Shown: piece by piece, positions 26,264 to 32,000 of the stretch
Numbering within the stretch: the first letter of the stretch is position 1
How the letters are laid out: each line of letters opens with the position of its first letter
Source: Cylindrospermopsis raciborskii Cr2010
Lineage (GTDB): Bacteria > Cyanobacteriota > Cyanobacteriia > Cyanobacteriales > Nostocaceae
Length of the DNA stretch: 32,000 bases
Direction of reading: 5' to 3'
NCBI RefSeq assembly: GCF_003367075.2
Contig: NZ_CP065936.1
Coordinates: 300,001-332,000 of the forward strand
Notes under the pieces: model-generated
The model's input: the letters and a program-made list of their open reading frames with translations, nothing else
What the model was told of the DNA's origin: nothing
The model's database searches: none
Made by a program: the position numbers and the translations under genes

Positions 26264-28546
26264 TTATTCATGAACATCAGATAGGGCTTGTATAACAAAC
26301 GGTTTGTCAAGTAACTTTTCCATCTGCTCTGGGTAGTGTTGAGGCAAGTTACCACATAGTAAAACCTGATCTCCAACTTTCAGATCCACATTGGTGGGAT
26401 TACCACTTAACTTACCATCCCGACGGATTGCTTGCACTTTTATTCCATAATCTTTATAAATCAAATCCGCCAAATTATTACCCAAAATGGGAGAATTAAC
26501 CTGAACTGTTACCCACTGACAAGCACTTGCTCCCCCTGGAACTGCAATACTACCCTGGGCAAAATCTACTAAAGCTGTTAGTTCCTCATCTGCACCCACC
26601 ACCAATAGGCGATCGCCTGATTCTAGTCGTGTACCATTATGGGGATAATCTATTTCTGTGCCATCAGCACGACGAATAGCCATTAAACTAACTCCAATGA
26701 GACGACGCATATCCAATTCCTCTAAGGTCATCCCAATTAAAGGAGAATTAACAGGTAGGTCATACCAACGACGGTTTAAATCCTGGGTGACTTTCTGTAG
26801 GTGCTGGGAAACTTGAGCAGCAGACCATTCTGGTCGTAAATCCAAATAATGATCTTGACGTATTTGCTGCATTTTTTGCTCTATTAGCTCTTTCCCTAGT
26901 CCCACATCCATTAGTAAGTGGGAGGCCATTTCCAAACTAGCTTCAAATTCTGGTTGCACTACTTCCTTCGCACCCAACTGATAAAGTACCTCAATATTCT
27001 TATCCTGAGTAGCACGCACCACTAAATCTAATTCCGGTGATAACTCCAAAGCCCTTTTTAAACATAGACGAATGCTTGTAGGGTCAGGAAGTGCGATCGC
27101 CATTGCTTTGGCATAGTTTACTCCAGCGGTTTCTAACACGTGAAAACTAACTGCATTACCATATACATAAGGTATTCCCGATTCCCGTAACTGCTGAATT
27201 CGACTTTCTGACTGTTCAATCACTACCACAGGTAACTGGTAGGGTTCTAGCAACCGCACCAAATTTTGACCGATGCGACCATAACCACAAATTACCACAT
27301 GATCTTTGGTGGGTAGGTCTTCTGTAAAATCCTCTGCTCTTTCATCCACTAGATAGGGTTTTAACCAAGGTATAAACTCTACTAAATTAAATAAAAATGG
27401 TATGACTCTCAGCACGAAGGGAGTCAACATTAAAGTAACAGCTGTTGTCCCCACAATCAACAAATACACATGACGGGAAACCAACCCTAACACCTGACCC
27501 TCACTAGCAAGTACAAAAGAAAACTCACCGATTTGAGCCAATCCTAATCCGGCAATCAAAGCTGTTTTAAGTGGGTAGCGAAATAATTTAACCAAGGGGG
27601 TAATAATTAAAAACTTCCCTAGGAACACCAGAGCAACTAAACCCAGAATCAAATCCAGATTTTGCCATAAAAACACCGGATCAATTAACATCCCGATAGA
27701 AGCAAAAAACAAACTGGCAAAAACATCTCGTAGCGGTTCAACAATCGTCAATGTTTCGTCCGCATATTCCACCTCAGAAATCATTAACCCCGCGACAAAA
27801 GCTCCCATTTCAATGGAAAGACCCAAATATTCGGTTAGGATGGCAATAGATAAACATAAGGTCACCACACCCAATAGGAACAACTCTCGACTTTCCGTGC
27901 GTGCTAAAAGACGCAATATACGTGGCATTATCCAAATACCAACAACTACAGCGCCCGCTGCAAATAAAGCAATGCGCGCGATGGCATTGAAGAGTGCTAA
28001 ACCTATAGATTCTCCTGGTTGATGGAGAGCGGGCAAAATTGCCAGCATTAAACCTAGAGCTAGGTCCTGAATCACCAAAATACCTAGCATCACCTGAGCA
28101 TGGGTTGTCTCTGTTTCATTGCGCTCCATCAAACATTTGAGAACAACTGCTGTAGATGAGAGAGAAAGAATAGAACCTAAAAATACGCCCTTAGCAGGTA
28201 AAGTTTCCCAAGCACCGGTAATACCACAAACAATCACAGTAGTAATAATAGTGAGAATAATTTGTAATCCCCCACCGCCCAACGCTATAGCCCTTACCTT
28301 TTTCAGCTGACTAAAGGAAAATTCTACCCCCAAGGCAAACAATAAAAAAGCTACACCAAATTGTGCAAGAGTTTCTACTTGCACTACCTCCCTGATTAAA
28401 CCCAATCCGGTGGGTCCAACAATCATTCCTCCCACCAGATATCCCAGGAGGACAGGTTGTTTCAGCAAAGCTGCTAACATTCCACCACAAGCAGCGACAG
28501 CAAACACTGAAACCAAATCCACAATCAACCGAAAATCTTCTTGCAC
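26264..28546 (-). CDS. CPA2-family cation:proton antiporter (Kef-like) with TrkA-N and two TrkA-C (RCK_C) domains
   Basis: 760 aa. About 400 aa are a polytopic Na+/H+-exchanger-like region. This is followed by Rossmann VVICGYGRIGQNL and two repeats ending GDRLLVVG and GDQVLLCG. Confidence 0.85.
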   Translation of the reverse strand: MQEDFRLIVDLVSVFAVAACGGMLAALLKQPVLLGYLVGGMIVGPTGLGLIREVVQVETLAQFGVAFLLFALGVEFSFSQLKKVRAIALGGGGLQIILTIITTVIVCGITGAWETLPAKGVFLGSILSLSSTAVVLKCLMERNETETTHAQVMLGILVIQDLALGLMLAILPALHQPGESIGLALFNAIARIALFAAGAVVVGIWIMPRILRLLARTESRELFLLGVVTLCLSIAILTEYLGLSIEMGAFVAGLMISEVEYADETLTIVEPLRDVFASLFFASIGMLIDPVFLWQNLDLILGLVALVFLGKFLIITPLVKLFRYPLKTALIAGLGLAQIGEFSFVLASEGQVLGLVSRHVYLLIVGTTAVTLMLTPFVLRVIPFLFNLVEFIPWLKPYLVDERAEDFTEDLPTKDHVVICGYGRIGQNLVRLLEPYQLPVVVIEQSESRIQQLRESGIPYVYGNAVSFHVLETAGVNYAKAMAIALPDPTSIRLCLKRALELSPELDLVVRATQDKNIEVLYQLGAKEVVQPEFEASLEMASHLLMDVGLGKELIEQKMQQIRQDHYLDLRPEWSAAQVSQHLQKVTQDLNRRWYDLPVNSPLIGMTLEELDMRRLIGVSLMAIRRADGTEIDYPHNGTRLESGDRLLVVGADEELTALVDFAQGSIAVPGGASACQWVTVQVNSPILGNNLADLIYKDYGIKVQAIRRDGKLSGNPTNVDLKVGDQVLLCGNLPQHYPEQMEKLLDKPFVIQALSDVHE

Positions 28547-28654
28547 GGAGGTTCCATCATAAATATAAAGATTATTAATCTTAGTTTACAAAACTTTTCA
28601 TTTTTTTTACCACATCCTGGAGAGAGTCCGTGACTGTTGTTAAACAATATCCAT

Positions 28655-28861
28655 TTAGCCTCCACCCACAATGGTAACAATTTCCAGGTGGTCACCATCC
28701 TGGATTTGGGTTTCTGACCAAAATTGATGGTGTAAAATTTCACCATTGTATTCCACAGCTACCAATCGAGGGTTAAAACCCAGTTTTCGCAGTAATTCTG
28801 GTAAACAAGTTGCTGGTGGAACGGTGCGACTTTCTCCATTTACTTGTAAGGTGACATACAT
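28655..28861 (-). CDS. thiS: ThiS-like sulfur-carrier / beta-grasp protein with a C-terminal GG
   Basis: 68 aa: MYVTLQVNGE...IQDGDHLEIVTIVGGG, matching the ThiS length and C-terminal pattern. Confidence 0.8.
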   Translation of the reverse strand: MYVTLQVNGESRTVPPATCLPELLRKLGFNPRLVAVEYNGEILHHQFWSETQIQDGDHLEIVTIVGGG

Positions 28862-28903
28862 GATTTTTCGTAAACCCCAACTTTTTGATAACTTAATCCT
28901 CTT

Positions 28904-30013
28904 TTATGTTAATAGGGAATGGTATGTCTTTTTAAGTGTTTCCTCAATTGAACCCATACTTTTCCACAATTCAATTAGTTGATGGGACTTGGTTTTGCGA
29001 CTCAGTAAAATTTGTTTTAATGTATCTAAAAACTTAACATCTGAATCATTAATCAAAGCCTCCTCAGCAGCTGTTAGAAGTTTATTAGCCATGTTAAAAA
29101 TATCCTCATGGTTAAATCCTTCTTTAGCAGAAATTTGATGCAGCTTGGCATCGGGTATAATAGCCCTGTCTAATAAAGTGGTATCTAGTATCAAACCCTT
29201 TAATAATGCCAATAGACCTGCATAAATAGCAAAATCATCACAACTATCACAGGCTTTAAACTCTATTCTGCCAATTTCAGCTGGAATCCGAGCTATCTTA
29301 GTTAGTGAAGGCGTACTTGTAATCAGCTGTTGTTGGTTCTCTACAAATACTAGGGTAGCAGATCTTTTTCCCGTTCTGATAAAGGTTCTCACCGAAAGTC
29401 CATCCCAGAGAGTACCATGATAAAATGGTGAACTATAGGTAAAAGGAACAATAAAAGGACTGTAGTAGGTCAATTTTTGACCGATATCAATTACCTTTTC
29501 CATTGGTAAATCTGCCAGGGAAATATTTAAATCTGGTCCATAAGAAACCATATAGATATAGGCAGTTTGTTCATCAGGATACACCTGTAATTGTTGGAGT
29601 TCAAAATCATTTAATGGTGGTTGTGGTTCAAATTTACAGGTATAGGGATTAAAGCTGGCTAAAATGGGAACAAACCCCCGATTATTAGCCACTTGGCTCA
29701 ACAAAGAAAAACTGGTAGTTAATTCATCAATGGCACCTTGAATAGTTGGATGTATGGTAGTTCTAATTTCAATTCCCTTGGGGGAACAATCCAGTAATGC
29801 TCCCCCCGCATCAAATCTTTCAAATCCCTCAATATACCATCTTTTCTTTTTAATTCCCGCATCCCCAACTCTTAACTCCAGATAATCATGGGGATAAATG
29901 GGCAAAGCATCAACTATTTGTTGAAAGTCTTGAAAATTTGTGCAGTTAAAATCGGCGAACTTTCCCTGGTGGTTGATAAAAGCTACTTCATGTTCAATTC
30001 CAAAAAAAAACAT
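28904..30013 (-). CDS. Glutamate-cysteine-ligase family 2 (GCS2/YbdK-like) carboxylate-amine ligase, substrate unknown
   Basis: 369 aa with N-terminal FFGIEHEVAF, KGIEIRTT and GRIEFKACDS. These correspond to the acidic metal/ATP-binding strands of the GCS2 fold. Confidence 0.65.
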   Translation of the reverse strand: MFFFGIEHEVAFINHQGKFADFNCTNFQDFQQIVDALPIYPHDYLELRVGDAGIKKKRWYIEGFERFDAGGALLDCSPKGIEIRTTIHPTIQGAIDELTTSFSLLSQVANNRGFVPILASFNPYTCKFEPQPPLNDFELQQLQVYPDEQTAYIYMVSYGPDLNISLADLPMEKVIDIGQKLTYYSPFIVPFTYSSPFYHGTLWDGLSVRTFIRTGKRSATLVFVENQQQLITSTPSLTKIARIPAEIGRIEFKACDSCDDFAIYAGLLALLKGLILDTTLLDRAIIPDAKLHQISAKEGFNHEDIFNMANKLLTAAEEALINDSDVKFLDTLKQILLSRKTKSHQLIELWKSMGSIEETLKKTYHSLLT

Positions 30014-30033
30014 ATATACTTCTCAAAAAATTT

Positions 30034-30067
30034 ACTGTTAACAATTCACATCATATATCTTAACAGT
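30034..30067. promoter_or_regulatory. Inverted repeat ACTGTTAA-N18-TTAACAGT, 21-54 nt upstream of the GCS2-like start; candidate operator overlapping the promoter
   Basis: 8-bp perfect arms read directly. The spacer contains TATAT-rich, -10-like sequence on the minus strand. Confidence 0.3.
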
Positions 30068-30224
30068 TCAATTAGCAAGTCTCACCTCCACACCCGATGG
30101 TTTTTAAAAACTTACCACCACAAGAAGTAAACCGCAAAATAATCTCCACGAATAATTCCCCATCTATCCAGAAACAGTCATAATAGGAATGACCTACTTA
30201 AAAAATTTTTGGGCGTGAGTTTTT

Positions 30225-30374
30225 ATGAGTGCTACTCCCTATACCACAGAACAAATCGCAGGCGGAAAACTTCCTGCGAACAGCAGGTGGCGATCGCAAT
30301 TAGTTGGGTTACGTTTCCGCGCTTTGTCCTATCTTGCAGATGATTGTCAGGAGGATATTTCCAAATACATCTAG
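30225..30374 (+). CDS. Unlisted 49-aa hydrophilic ORF (MSATPYTTEQIAGGKLPANSRWRSQLVGLRFRALSYLADDCQEDISKYI)
   Basis: Found by reading the 420-nt divergent gap; it ends 60 nt before the obg start. No family was recognised and there is no clear SD. Confidence 0.2.
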   Translation: MSATPYTTEQIAGGKLPANSRWRSQLVGLRFRALSYLADDCQEDISKYI

Positions 30375-30386
30375 AGATGGCTATAA

Positions 30387-31454
<1,068 letters not shown>

Positions 31455-31626
31455 GAACGAAAAAATATGGATGGTAGATCAACATCACCCACCCCGAACA
31501 AACCCTAGACACCTCACGGAAGCAAGGCGGTCAAGCTCTGGAGATATCTAGGAGCAACAACTTGCTATTGTTTATATACTATTGGTAGTGTTAAGAGTGC
31601 CGAGATTTTTATAGTTTGTCCTCTGA

Positions 31627-31917
31627 CTATCCTTTGGAGTGTCCTTTCCTTGGTCTATTCTCCCTATTATTCTCCTCTTTTGGTTTAGCTTTGTTCACTC
31701 TTAGTTGACGACCCATCCATTCTGCACCGTCCAATTCTGATATGGCAGCATCTTCTTGTGCATCTTCGTTCATTTCAACAAAAGCGAACCCGCGCATCTT
31801 TCCTGTTTCGCGGTCAGTAGGTAAAACAACTCTTTTTACCTCGCCATAATCTGCAAACACGGCTTTTAAGTCTGCTTCAGTTGCGCGGTAAGAGAGATTT
31901 CCAATGTAGATAGTCAT
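31627..31917 (-). CDS. RRM-type RNA-binding protein (cyanobacterial Rbp family)
   Basis: RNP2 IYIGNL and RNP1 RGFAFVEM; 96 aa with a short basic C-terminal tail rather than a glycine-rich one. Confidence 0.9.
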   Translation of the reverse strand: MTIYIGNLSYRATEADLKAVFADYGEVKRVVLPTDRETGKMRGFAFVEMNEDAQEDAAISELDGAEWMGRQLRVNKAKPKEENNRENRPRKGHSKG

Positions 31918-32000
31918 TGTGAGTCACGTAATTTTCAACAAAGGGGGATGGTTAGTAAAAAAATGCAACTTGGCAATTTTTTAGCGTTGGTTTGTGGACA

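Noticed and set aside
28525-28982. ORFs 28525-28746 (minus) and 28746-28982 (plus)
   Set aside because: The first overlaps the thiS gene, the thiS-antiporter gap and the antiporter start, and the second runs antisense across thiS and the 3' end of the GCS2-like gene. Both have implausible sequences and no start context.
30014-30224. Possible TPP riboswitch in the leader of the GCS2-like/thiS operon (minus strand contains GGTGAGA ... GAACTG)
   Set aside because: The conserved CUGAGA...ACCUGAUCUGGAUAAUGCCAGCG core and its pairing partners are not present. An Rfam scan would settle it.

Overview
This is a chromosomal segment of a cyanobacterium, Nostocales-like by gene content. By manual scan it carries 21 copies of the HIP1 octamer GCGATCGC. 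There are about 30 credible protein-coding genes, mostly core functions. These include hemL and hemE (tetrapyrrole), hisIE, aroC, dapF, a MenG/UbiE-type methyltransferase and a tandem pair of class-C flavodiiron proteins. Also present are Rubisco accumulation factor Raf1, cyanobacterial Hfq, Obg GTPase, an RRM RNA-binding protein and a CPA2 antiporter with RCK domains. The rest are a hybrid histidine kinase, a LarE-type PP-loop enzyme, a lone LivH-type permease and an orphan lipoprotein substrate-binding protein. The left 6.4 kb (all minus strand) is the least core-like part. It holds a divergent UvrD-like SF1 helicase, a 220-aa ORF with a PD-(D/E)xK-like signature placed 6 nt after raf1, a Uma2 endonuclease, an N-terminally short COG2865/HATPase_c_4 protein and a DUF29 protein. 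I found no rRNA, tRNA, CRISPR array, transposase, integrase, reverse transcriptase or phage gene, and no clear-cut known defence system. Four candidates stand out. (1) A GCS2-type carboxylate-amine ligase sits directly upstream of a ThiS-like GG-terminated protein. (2) The helicase and the nuclease-like ORF form a pair that is coupled to raf1. (3) A 460-nt convergent intergenic region folds into long hairpins whose G-T pairs favour a plus-strand RNA. (4) There are several unlisted small ORFs and palindromic sites. All functional calls come from motif recognition by eye; no database search or folding program was run.
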